Assembly: GCA_043823645.1 (NCBI GenBank)
Contig: JBDRAO010000085.1
Coordinates: 1 to 32,292 of the forward strand
DNA length: 32,292 nt
Direction: 5' to 3'
Source of the DNA: a bacterium
GTDB lineage: Bacteria > Patescibacteriota > WWE3 > JBDRAO01
Shown here in pieces: positions 24,327 to 32,040 of the stretch. How positions within the stretch are numbered: the stretch's first letter is position 1; each line of letters begins with the position of its first letter. The position numbers and the translations under genes are program-made. A model generated the notes under the pieces. The model worked only from the letters and a program-made list of their open reading frames with translations, did no database searches and was not told the origin of the DNA.

Positions 24327-25643
24327 ATGGAGCAAAAAGTAATGCCTCAAAATTTGGAAGCGGAAAAAAGTGTTTTAGGGGGAATTCTTATTGATAAGGA
24401 TGCCATTTACGCGGTGTCCCCGGTGCTAAAACCCCCCTTTTTTTACAATGACAACCATAGCGAGATTTTTGAGGCCATGCTGGATCTTTTTGATCAGCGC
24501 TCGCCCATTGATTTAATTACCCTTCCGGCCCGGCTTAAAAAGCGCAAAACCTTAAAGAGAGTAGGGGGGGTGGGCTATCTTTCCGAGTTGGCCAGCTTTG
24601 TGCCCACGGCGGCTAATATTGAACACCACGCCAATCTTATTAAAGAGGAGGCCATTAAAAGGGAACTAATTAAAATTGGAGGGGAGATTGCCGAAAGCGC
24701 TTTCAATGAAAATGCCAAGGCGGCCGATTTGCTCAACAAGGCCGAGTCGCGTATGTTTGGCATTGGCCAAGAATCCCTAAAACAAGATTTTGTGCCCATT
24801 AAGAAGGTGTTGGAGGTGTCGTTCGATAGGCTGGATGAGTTGCACAAAACAGCCGGCGCTCTGCGGGGAGTGTCCACGGGCTTAAAAAGTTTAGATGCCA
24901 AACTTTCCGGTTTGCAGGAGTCTAATATGGTGGTTTTGGCGGCGCGCCCGTCTATTGGTAAAACCTCACTGGCTTTAAATATTGCCCAATACGCAGCGGT
25001 TGCCAAAAAACAGCCGGTGGGTATTTTTTCACTGGAGACCTCAAGGGAACAGCTGGTAGATAGGATGTTGGCTGGCGAAGCTGATATTGACGGCTGGAAA
25101 ATTGCCACCGGAAACCTAACTGACAATGATTTTAAGGAAATCGGCAAGGCTATGGGTGTTTTGGCCGAGGCACCAATTTTTATAGATGATACTCCGGGTA
25201 TCACTATTAATGAAATGCGTACCAAGGCGCGGCGGCTTCACATTGAGCAGGGGGTAAAACTGATTGTAATAGACTATATCCAGCTTTGCCAGGGGCGGGG
25301 TTTGGAGTCTCGGGTACAAGAAGTGTCCGAAATTTCCCAGGCTATAAAAAATATTGCCAGGGAGCTTAAAATTCCGGTTTTGGCTCTTTCTCAGCTGTCG
25401 CGGGCCATTGAATCAAGGGGTGAGAAAAAGCCTCAGCTTTCTGACCTTCGCGAGAGTGGTTCTATTGAGCAGGATGCCGATGTGGTAATGTTTTTATACC
25501 GGCCGGATGAGGAGGATCGCGGCAGTGTCAATCTTTTAATATCCAAGCACCGCAATGGACCCACCGGAGAACTTAGCTTATACTTTAGGGGCGAGCGTAC
25601 CAAGTTTTACGAGAGTGAAAAACTGCACGAAGCCGAGCAATAG
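24327..25643 (+). CDS. dnaB: Replicative DNA helicase DnaB
   Basis: PQNLEAEKSVLGGIL N-terminus, Walker A AARPSIGKTSLAL, and IVIDYIQL, LSQLSRAIE, SGSIEQDADVV motifs. I prefer the ATG at 24327. Confidence 0.95.
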   Translation: MEQKVMPQNLEAEKSVLGGILIDKDAIYAVSPVLKPPFFYNDNHSEIFEAMLDLFDQRSPIDLITLPARLKKRKTLKRVGGVGYLSELASFVPTAANIEHHANLIKEEAIKRELIKIGGEIAESAFNENAKAADLLNKAESRMFGIGQESLKQDFVPIKKVLEVSFDRLDELHKTAGALRGVSTGLKSLDAKLSGLQESNMVVLAARPSIGKTSLALNIAQYAAVAKKQPVGIFSLETSREQLVDRMLAGEADIDGWKIATGNLTDNDFKEIGKAMGVLAEAPIFIDDTPGITINEMRTKARRLHIEQGVKLIVIDYIQLCQGRGLESRVQEVSEISQAIKNIARELKIPVLALSQLSRAIESRGEKKPQLSDLRESGSIEQDADVVMFLYRPDEEDRGSVNLLISKHRNGPTGELSLYFRGERTKFYESEKLHEAEQ

Positions 25644-25699
25644 GGGCGAGTGGTGGAACTCCTGCCTGCCTAGACGCAGTCAGGCAGGGGCAGACACGC
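25644..25699 (+). pseudogene. Truncated 5' copy of tRNA-Leu interrupted by a 28-nt hairpin
   Basis: 25644..25660 equals 25725..25741 (17/17) and 25689..25699 equals 25742..25752 (11/11). The two blocks are separated by CCTGCCTG-N12-CAGGCAGG (25661..25688). No anticodon, T-arm or 3' acceptor follows. Confidence 0.7.
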
Positions 25700-25724
25700 C
25701 TGCCAGTAGATAGTGTAGGTTTAT

Positions 25725-25811
25725 GGGCGAGTGGTGGAACTGGCAGACACGCGGGTCTCAAAAACCCGTGGGGTAAAACCCGTATCGGTTCGACTCCGAT
25801 CTCGCCCACCA
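25725..25811 (+). tRNA. tRNA-Leu (anticodon CAA), long variable arm, CCA encoded
   Basis: Acceptor GGGCGAG/CTCGCCC, anticodon stem CGGGT/ACCCG with loop CTCAAAA, long variable arm, T-arm ATCGG-TTCGACT-CCGAT, discriminator A plus CCA. Confidence 0.9.
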
Positions 25812-25815
25812 TTTT

Positions 25816-26280
25816 ATGTTTATGCAAAAGATAATTTTTATTCCCGTGGCTCTTTTAGCATCGGGGTTTTTTACATATATTCTCTTTCGTAGGTTGAGGC
25901 ATTTAAATTACAAAGAAGAGCGGGTGTTTGATCTTATCTTTGCCAATTTGGCGTTTTTGTGGCTCATGGTGGTAACCGGCGCTTTTTGGCTCTTGCCCCT
26001 GGTGCTAATTTTTAGTGGCTGGTTTATATTAAACCAAAAAAGCTGGCATTTGTTCCTGGCTCTGTCAGGCATTGTTCAGGCTTTCTTGGTTTTTACCGCC
26101 GTAATCCTCTTAGGAGGCTTTTTTATTTTCGGCTTACCTGTTTTTGTAATTCCGGTGTCGGTTGCTTTGTTAATTAGTTTTATGATACTCTCTACCGGTA
26201 ATGAAACTATCGAAAACATTTGCCAAAAGGTTGCTTTCAAAATTAACCAAAGAAGAAAAAGAGCTTATAAAAAGTCGTAA
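25816..26280 (+). CDS. Hypothetical integral membrane protein (about 4 TM helices)
   Basis: 154-aa ORF with four hydrophobic segments and a basic C-terminus. I recognise no motif. Confidence 0.5.
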   Translation: MFMQKIIFIPVALLASGFFTYILFRRLRHLNYKEERVFDLIFANLAFLWLMVVTGAFWLLPLVLIFSGWFILNQKSWHLFLALSGIVQAFLVFTAVILLGGFFIFGLPVFVIPVSVALLISFMILSTGNETIENICQKVAFKINQRRKRAYKKS

Positions 26281-26605
26281 GGAGCTCGAAGCTCACGATT
26301 CTTTTGCCGATATTACCCGCGTGAGTGACAATGCCAACCCTGATATTGAAGTAGATGAGCAAAACTTCCACGAAAAAACCGAAGTTTTAAGGATGGCTGT
26401 TGATCGTAATATTACCCAGATACGCCGCGCGGTGGCCGCCATAAAAAAGGGCAAATACGGTAAATGCGACATTTGCGGCGGGGAAATACCCCCGGCTCGC
26501 TTAAGAGTCTTTCCCACCGCCACCCTGTGCACCGAGTGTCGGGCAAAGAAGGAGTTGGAGAAGCAGAGAGTCAACCGAAAAAAGAGTTTATTGACCTCCC
26601 GCTAG
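26201..26605 (+). CDS. DksA/TraR-family C4 zinc-finger protein
   Basis: C-terminal KGKYGKCDICGGEIPPARLRVFPTATLCTECR (CxxC-N17-CxxC) preceded by a coiled-coil region. The start is uncertain because it overlaps the upstream ORF by 80 nt. Confidence 0.7.
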   Translation: MKLSKTFAKRLLSKLTKEEKELIKSRKELEAHDSFADITRVSDNANPDIEVDEQNFHEKTEVLRMAVDRNITQIRRAVAAIKKGKYGKCDICGGEIPPARLRVFPTATLCTECRAKKELEKQRVNRKKSLLTSR

Positions 26606-26612
26606 CTTGCCG

Positions 26613-28841
26613 TCATTTCGCTATTGGCAAAGTAAACGCGAAGGTGGAGCCCCTGCCGGCATTACTTTTTACCCCAATGGAGCCGCCGTGCATTTCCACT
26701 ACGGTTTTACAAATATAAAGCCCCAGACCTGTTCCCCCGGTTTCGGCGGCGGCGGTGTAAGACCCGTCCAGGCGGCCGAATTTCTTGAAAAGTCTTGGAA
26801 TATCGTCGGGCGCTATGCCGGGCCCGGAATCGGACACGGCGATCTCAATAAACCCCTTTAATTTAGGGACGGTTACTTTTAACTTAATAGAGCCCCTCTT
26901 GGGTGAAAACTTTACAGCATTGCCCAAAAGGTTCGTGAGGACTTCTCTAACGCGCATTTCGTCTATTCTTACCGGCGGAAGCTCGGTTTGCGGCTTTTCT
27001 ACCACAATGGTAATGTGTTTTCTTACCGCCAGCACTTCCAGCTCGCTTACCACATTGTCAATAATCGGTTCAATTGACTGGGGTTTGGCATTTATCCTTA
27101 TTTTCCGCCCTTCAATTTGAGAAACAGTCAGAATATCGTCCACCAGCTTAATCATATTATTTGACGATGAGTAGGCCTCTTCCAGAGACTCGCGCGCCCT
27201 GGGGCTTGTTATTGAATTTTTCATTTTGTTTAACACTAGCCACAGATGCCCCTTTATGGATGTCATGGGCGTTTTAAGCTCATGGGAGGCCACTGCAATT
27301 AGCTCATCCTTCATTTTGTCCAGTGTTTCCAGCTCCTGATACTGCCGAGTTAATTTTTTGTGAGCCGATCGTAACCTGCGGGTTGCTTTCCTCACTCTAA
27401 CTTCCAGCTTCTGGTTAAACTTTTGCAGTTCAGAGTATAGGTAGGCGTTTTGGATGGCTACGGCCGCCTGGTACGAGACAGCCTGAATTGTTTCGATATC
27501 AGTGATAGTAAAGGCGTGTTTGTTCTCTCTCTCGCCTAAAACCATAATTCCCAGTAAGCCGTCGCTGGTAGGTAGGGGGGCGGCCACGGCCACACGGTTT
27601 CTTTCCATGGCCCTGGCAATTCCCAGCATTTTTTTCTTAAACACCTCGTCTTTGGTGTTTTTGGCTTCAAATCTCACCTCGTCCAGCACCAGGATAGCCG
27701 AGGTTTTTTCTATGTGGTCAAATACTTCTTTGCATTGGGACCACTCACAGTTTATCCAGTCTTCAAATCCCCATTCTATTATACGAGTACTTTTGGTGTA
27801 GTGATTAACCCTTAGAACAAAGCCCACTTTTTTGACATTTAATATTTCGCACACTGCCTGCTGGACAAATTTTAGGAGCTTATCTAAATCTAGGTTTCCG
27901 CTCAATTCTTTTCCAATCTTGCGGAGCATTTCCTCGCGGGTTTTTTCGTTTCTAAAGATTGTTTTGTCGGCTGTTTGCTGGACAATATGAAGCAAAGGCT
28001 CGTATATTAACACTACAAAAATGGATGTCAGGGCGGCTACCAGTACAAATCCGGCGCTAATGGGCTCCACCCCAATGTTAAAGTAAATGCCAATAATATT
28101 GTAAACAATGATCATAAGGAAAACGGCCATTAGGAAACGCATTAGAACAGCTCTTAAGGCCACTCTTATATCTAGGAAGCGGTGCTTAATGACAGCGTAA
28201 GAAAAAGCCAGAGGAAAGGCGGACACCAGGGCAGTGCCCACTGGAGCCACCGGTATATTGAGCCACAGGGGGTAGTTGGTAAAGCCGCCAATGTAGCCCA
28301 CCAGCGAGCCCCAGAGAATAATCCTCATTTGCAAGCCCTTGTGTCCGCGAGAGCGGCGTACCGCTTTGTAGAGGATAAATAGTAGAGTGGCGGCGTTGGT
28401 TCCCACCCAGAGTAGGTGGAAATAGTACAAAGGACCGGCCACCGGCCAAAATTTAAAGCCGTATCTTGGCGCCACCGAGGCGACCATATAGGGAGTAAAA
28501 ACCATGAGGGCAAAAATGGCCGCAAAAATGTAGTTAAAGGCAATGAGTGATTTCTTAACCTTCGTTTCCGATATTTCGGCTGTCCAGTGAAGGTGGAGGG
28601 GGTAAATAAAAACACTGCCGGCAGTGAGGATTTTGGCCCAAAGAAGGGCTTTTTGGGGGTCAGGGCTTTCCATCCAAAAGAAGTAGGCCACCGCCCAGAA
28701 AGCAATGGCTAGGGAAAAGAAGTGTAGTAGTTGGTTGGTGCGGGCTTTGGGGTTTTGAAAGATAACCACAATCCCCACAACGAGAGCCACCACAGCGTTG
28801 TAGAGGCCTGGTAGAGACCATAGGGGCACGGTAAGATGCAT
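26613..28841 (-). CDS. Sensor histidine kinase: N-terminal 7TM domain, GAF-like domain, HisKA, HATPase_c
   Basis: Seven or so N-terminal TM helices, H-box VASHELKTPMTSIKG, N-box NLLGNAVKFSP, and G-boxes DSGPGI and GGTGLGLYICK. Confidence 0.85.
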   Translation of the reverse strand: MHLTVPLWSLPGLYNAVVALVVGIVVIFQNPKARTNQLLHFFSLAIAFWAVAYFFWMESPDPQKALLWAKILTAGSVFIYPLHLHWTAEISETKVKKSLIAFNYIFAAIFALMVFTPYMVASVAPRYGFKFWPVAGPLYYFHLLWVGTNAATLLFILYKAVRRSRGHKGLQMRIILWGSLVGYIGGFTNYPLWLNIPVAPVGTALVSAFPLAFSYAVIKHRFLDIRVALRAVLMRFLMAVFLMIIVYNIIGIYFNIGVEPISAGFVLVAALTSIFVVLIYEPLLHIVQQTADKTIFRNEKTREEMLRKIGKELSGNLDLDKLLKFVQQAVCEILNVKKVGFVLRVNHYTKSTRIIEWGFEDWINCEWSQCKEVFDHIEKTSAILVLDEVRFEAKNTKDEVFKKKMLGIARAMERNRVAVAAPLPTSDGLLGIMVLGERENKHAFTITDIETIQAVSYQAAVAIQNAYLYSELQKFNQKLEVRVRKATRRLRSAHKKLTRQYQELETLDKMKDELIAVASHELKTPMTSIKGHLWLVLNKMKNSITSPRARESLEEAYSSSNNMIKLVDDILTVSQIEGRKIRINAKPQSIEPIIDNVVSELEVLAVRKHITIVVEKPQTELPPVRIDEMRVREVLTNLLGNAVKFSPKRGSIKLKVTVPKLKGFIEIAVSDSGPGIAPDDIPRLFKKFGRLDGSYTAAAETGGTGLGLYICKTVVEMHGGSIGVKSNAGRGSTFAFTLPIAK

Positions 28842-28869
28842 AAGTTAAATATCTCAAGTTTTGGTTTGT

Positions 28870-28898
28870 TTGACAATAACCTGCTTGGTTGCTATAAG
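28870..28898 (+). promoter_or_regulatory. Sigma70-like promoter of the methyltransferase gene
   Basis: TTGACA (28870..28875), 17-nt spacer, TATAAG (28893..28898). A strong SD, AAGGGAGGGGGG, precedes the ATG at 28927. Confidence 0.5.
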
Positions 28899-28926
28899 TT
28901 TTACAAAAGAAAGGGAGGGGGGAAAG

Positions 28927-29931
28927 ATGGCTGGTCTGGGGAGACGGGCGTTGCAGGCGCTTTACGCTTGGGAAGTTCGCCATGTTGATATAGCATGGCT
29001 TTGGGGCTGTATGGGCGATCCGATTGTTTATCTGCACTCGGCCACCGCAGGCGCCCTTTTTAGGATAGACTCCTACGAGGGTTTTTGGGGGGACATCAGG
29101 CTGGGAAGATTTAATCCTTTGGGTCTCCTTGCTGCCAAGCTTCACAATGGCTTTTCGTATAATGCCAGGGCTGTTAGGAACCGGTCGGATTGGACGGCAA
29201 GGCAGATTGTAGCTGACCGGCCCAAGGTGATTCTTGATGTTGCCGCCGGAGCGGGGGGTGGCTCGTGGAAAGCTGTGAGGGAGTTGGGTTGGAAGGACGC
29301 ACCTTCTATCGTGGCAGTCGATTATGATCCGTTTTCAATTGAAGCCGCCAGAAGAGCCGCCGCCTACTATGGTTTTTCCGGAGCTGTTCACCCCGCGTGG
29401 GTGTATCGACACATTGGGGAAAAAGCCATTGGCAGGTTGGGGGGTAGCGTTGCTCCCAGATTAGGGCTCACCCCGGAAGAGGTGTGGCATCAGGCTTTGC
29501 TTGGTGATGATGCCAGGCTCGGGGACATTTTGAAAAACCTGCCTCGGGGTTACTCTCCCGTTTTGGCCAACGCCTTCAGGCTTTGTGGGGACGGGTGGTG
29601 GGTAACCTATGTAATGTCCATGGGCTTTCTAGACTACTTGAGTTTCGAGGAGATTGTGAAAGCCCTTCAGATGATGCGAGGGTTTATGAGAGCTGGGGGC
29701 ATTTTGCTCACAGCCCACATGCTCTCATACGAGGGGGTTTCCAACCCCCCTCCTGCCGCCCGCGAGGAAGCTTGGGTTGACGCTTTGCCTTGGAGAGACT
29801 CCAAGTTTCCGCTCAAGCGCAAGCAGAGAGGGGTTTTTTTGGATTGCGTGAGGCAGGCAGGGTTTATAGTCGAATCAGAGGAGATAGAGAAAAACGGAGT
29901 TTATGTTTTGGTGAGAGCCAGAGCAGTGTAG
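28927..29931 (+). CDS. Class I SAM-dependent methyltransferase-like protein with an unrecognised Trp-rich N-terminal domain
   Basis: Motif I-like VILDVAAGAGGGSW followed by the acidic strand IVAVDYDPFSIEAARRAA. The ATG at 28927 has a strong SD, so the track start at 28861 is rejected. GC is visibly higher than in the neighbours. Confidence 0.55.
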   Translation: MAGLGRRALQALYAWEVRHVDIAWLWGCMGDPIVYLHSATAGALFRIDSYEGFWGDIRLGRFNPLGLLAAKLHNGFSYNARAVRNRSDWTARQIVADRPKVILDVAAGAGGGSWKAVRELGWKDAPSIVAVDYDPFSIEAARRAAAYYGFSGAVHPAWVYRHIGEKAIGRLGGSVAPRLGLTPEEVWHQALLGDDARLGDILKNLPRGYSPVLANAFRLCGDGWWVTYVMSMGFLDYLSFEEIVKALQMMRGFMRAGGILLTAHMLSYEGVSNPPPAAREEAWVDALPWRDSKFPLKRKQRGVFLDCVRQAGFIVESEEIEKNGVYVLVRARAV

Positions 29932-29945
29932 CCCCATTTGCCTGT

Positions 29946-29995
29946 GGCCCCCTTTGCAAAGCAATGTCGCTTTGCATTTAGGGGGCCTTTTTTTT
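29946..29995 (+). terminator. Strong rho-independent terminator
   Basis: GGCCCCCT..GCAAAGC-AATGTC-GCTTTGC..AGGGGGCC (29946..29987) followed by T8 (29988..29995). Confidence 0.8.
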
Positions 29996-30012
29996 ATGTT
30001 ACTCTTTAAGGT

Positions 30013-30756
30013 ATGATCGCTCCCCATGTAATTTACAAAGATGCCCATATTTTAGTGCTAGACAAGCCCTCCGGCATGGAGGTGAGGGAGCTGGGACAGT
30101 GGGTGAGAAATAATTTTAAACTCTCAGGATCAGATGAAGATTTTTTGAAAAGAGGCGGCTTGGTACACCGGTTAGACAAACCCACCTCAGGAATTATTTT
30201 GGCGGCTCTCAAATACGATGCTTTCATTAATCTGCAAAAGCAATTCAAAGAGAGGCAAGTTAAAAAGGAATATTTGGCCTTGGTACACGGCACTATGAAG
30301 GAAAATGAAGGTATTATTGAGACACCAGTTAAAAGAAGCCCCTTTAATCCGCTAAGATTTTCAGCCTCGAGCGAAGGCAGAGTATCGCAGACAAGCTATC
30401 AAGTTTTGGAGAGATTCCAAATTCCAAAAGACACACTGACCCCCTCTTTTAGAAAATCCAAAGATCCGTTTTTGACCACCGTGACCCTAGTTAGGGCTAT
30501 GCCAAAAACCGGCCGAACCCACCAAATTAGGGTTCATTTTAAGCATTTGGGTCATCCGTTAGTGGGAGATACCACTTACACTGGCCGTAAAATGTTAAGA
30601 AACGATGCCCGGTGGTGCCCCCGATTATTTTTGCATGCTGGTAACTTGCAAATAAAACACCCCCAAACCGGTCGAATCCTATCCTTTGAAAGCCCTCTGT
30701 CGAACACGCTTGAAACAGTTCTTACTCTCTTATATAATGAAAACGACCAAATTTAG
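30013..30756 (+). CDS. RluA-family pseudouridine synthase (no S4 domain)
   Basis: Catalytic motif HRLDKPTSGIILAA, plus KEYLALVHG and GRTHQIRVHF. Confidence 0.85.
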   Translation: MIAPHVIYKDAHILVLDKPSGMEVRELGQWVRNNFKLSGSDEDFLKRGGLVHRLDKPTSGIILAALKYDAFINLQKQFKERQVKKEYLALVHGTMKENEGIIETPVKRSPFNPLRFSASSEGRVSQTSYQVLERFQIPKDTLTPSFRKSKDPFLTTVTLVRAMPKTGRTHQIRVHFKHLGHPLVGDTTYTGRKMLRNDARWCPRLFLHAGNLQIKHPQTGRILSFESPLSNTLETVLTLLYNENDQI

Positions 30757-30796
30757 GTCCAGATTTGAACATTTTAGAGAGGGGGTTTAAATATGT

Positions 30797-30994
30797 ATGG
30801 CCAAAGTACAAGTAAAACAGGGCGAATCCATTGAAAAAGCTTTAAGACGCTTTAACAGGGAAGTGATGGATGAAGGTATCATAGACGAAATAAAAAAAAG
30901 GCAATATTTTGAAAAGCCTTCCGAAGTAAAAAAACGGGAGGATTCTCAAAGGAGGCTTAAGATTAAGATTGCCAACCGTCGCGCCAGTCGCTAG
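30797..30994 (+). CDS. rpsU: 30S ribosomal protein S21
   Basis: GESIEKALRRFNREV...YFEKPSEVKKRE is typical of S21. Confidence 0.85.
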   Translation: MAKVQVKQGESIEKALRRFNREVMDEGIIDEIKKRQYFEKPSEVKKREDSQRRLKIKIANRRASR

Positions 30995-30997
30995 TCA

Positions 30998-31297
30998 ATG
31001 GACAAAATAGCTCAAATTCAAAATCAAATAATTGCCAGCCTCAAAGCCCGCGATTTCGAAAGATTGGCGGTACTAAAGGTTCTTTTGGCTAAAATTAAAA
31101 ATAAGCAAATAGAACTTAAAGGCCAGCGCAAGGAATTTCAAGATGAAGACCTTTCAGCCATAATTTTGGGGGAAATAAAGTCAAGAAAAGAGTCCATTGA
31201 AGCCTTTAGAGCCGGGAAAAGAGAAGATCTGGCGCAAAAAGAAGAAAAAGAAATAAGCCTTCTAAATGAAGTGGCGCAGGCAGTTTCAGGCTCATGA
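30998..31297 (+). CDS. GatB/YqeY-domain protein (short)
   Basis: SLKARDFERLAVLKVLLAKIKNKQIE and AFRAGKREDLAQKEEKEISLL resemble the YqeY domain. The length is 99 aa. Confidence 0.6.
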   Translation: MDKIAQIQNQIIASLKARDFERLAVLKVLLAKIKNKQIELKGQRKEFQDEDLSAIILGEIKSRKESIEAFRAGKREDLAQKEEKEISLLNEVAQAVSGS

Positions 31298-32040
31298 GAT
31301 ACCATATTGGCCTTACCCTTGTAAGCCGCAATAAAATAAAGAAACTTAACAGTAAATACCGTAAAATCGACCAACCCACCGATGTTTTATCGTTTAATCT
31401 CAACGAACCCCTGGGAAAAGATGAGGTGTATCTGGGAGATATTGTTGTTTCACCGGAACAGGCAAAAAAACAGGCCAGGGAGCATAATGTGAGTTTAGAG
31501 CAGGAATTTGGCGAGTTGGTAAAGCACGGCGCCATGCATCTTTTAGGTTGGGAACATGAGAGTTTTCTGTTGTTTGGCTTGGGAAACCCGGACACAAAAT
31601 TTACCCACACACGCCACAATGCCGGACATACAATAGTTGATCTTTTGAAAAAAGAAGACATTGCCGGTTTTGAACTCTTTACTAACAAGAAAAAGCCAAT
31701 GAATGAGGCGGGAGGCGAGGTGAGAAAAAAAGTTGAACAAAATAATGTTTCACTAGACAAGCTGGTGGTGGTGCACGATGATATGGATATCCCTTTGGGC
31801 GAGTTCCGTTTGCAAAGAAATCGCGGCCCCGCCGGACACAACGGGGTGGCCAGTGTGATTGACGCCTTGGGGTCAAAGGATTTTTGGCGTTTGCGGGTGG
31901 GCGTTGGCCGCCCGCCAGTGGGCATTGACCCCAGTGATTATGTTTTAGAAAAGTTTAGCCGCCGGGAGCAGGCAGTTCTAGAAGGCCTTGTTCCTCTAAT
32001 TAAAGATGTTCTACAGAAAATACCGCCCGCAAAAATTTAG
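31294..32040 (+). CDS. Single-frame fusion: YbeY endoribonuclease (aa 1 to about 91) plus peptidyl-tRNA hydrolase Pth (aa about 92 to 248)
   Basis: The YbeY part has PTDVLSF and the metal motif HGAMHLLGWEHE (from nt 31525). The Pth part has LFGLGNPDTKFTHTRHNAGH, VVHDDMDIPLGEFRL, GHNGVASV and RLRVGVGRP. There is no stop codon at the junction (31561..31572). Confidence 0.8.
   Translation: MRYHIGLTLVSRNKIKKLNSKYRKIDQPTDVLSFNLNEPLGKDEVYLGDIVVSPEQAKKQAREHNVSLEQEFGELVKHGAMHLLGWEHESFLLFGLGNPDTKFTHTRHNAGHTIVDLLKKEDIAGFELFTNKKKPMNEAGGEVRKKVEQNNVSLDKLVVVHDDMDIPLGEFRLQRNRGPAGHNGVASVIDALGSKDFWRLRVGVGRPPVGIDPSDYVLEKFSRREQAVLEGLVPLIKDVLQKIPPAKI

Noticed and set aside
24575-25225. 216-aa minus-strand ORF inside dnaB
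   Set aside because: It is a shadow of the DnaB coding frame, with a Ser/Ala/Leu-rich translation and no motifs.
25585-25827. 80-aa minus-strand ORF
   Set aside because: It is composed of the antisense of tRNA-Leu and its partial duplicate, and is not coding.
26293-28705. Overlapping ORFs within the DksA-like and histidine kinase genes (26293..26574, 26464..26718, 26607..26861, 26785..27120, 27502..27801, 28182..28382, 28186..28449, 28325..28705)
   Set aside because: All are nested in, or antisense to, motif-supported genes.
28660-29145. 161-aa minus-strand ORF bridging the kinase start and the methyltransferase start
   Set aside because: It crosses a promoter/SD region and two well-supported gene starts. 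It is an artefact of elevated GC.
31206-31925. 239-aa minus-strand ORF antisense to the YbeY-Pth gene
   Set aside because: The plus-strand frame carries clear YbeY and Pth motifs. The antisense translation is Ser/Pro/Cys-rich low complexity.
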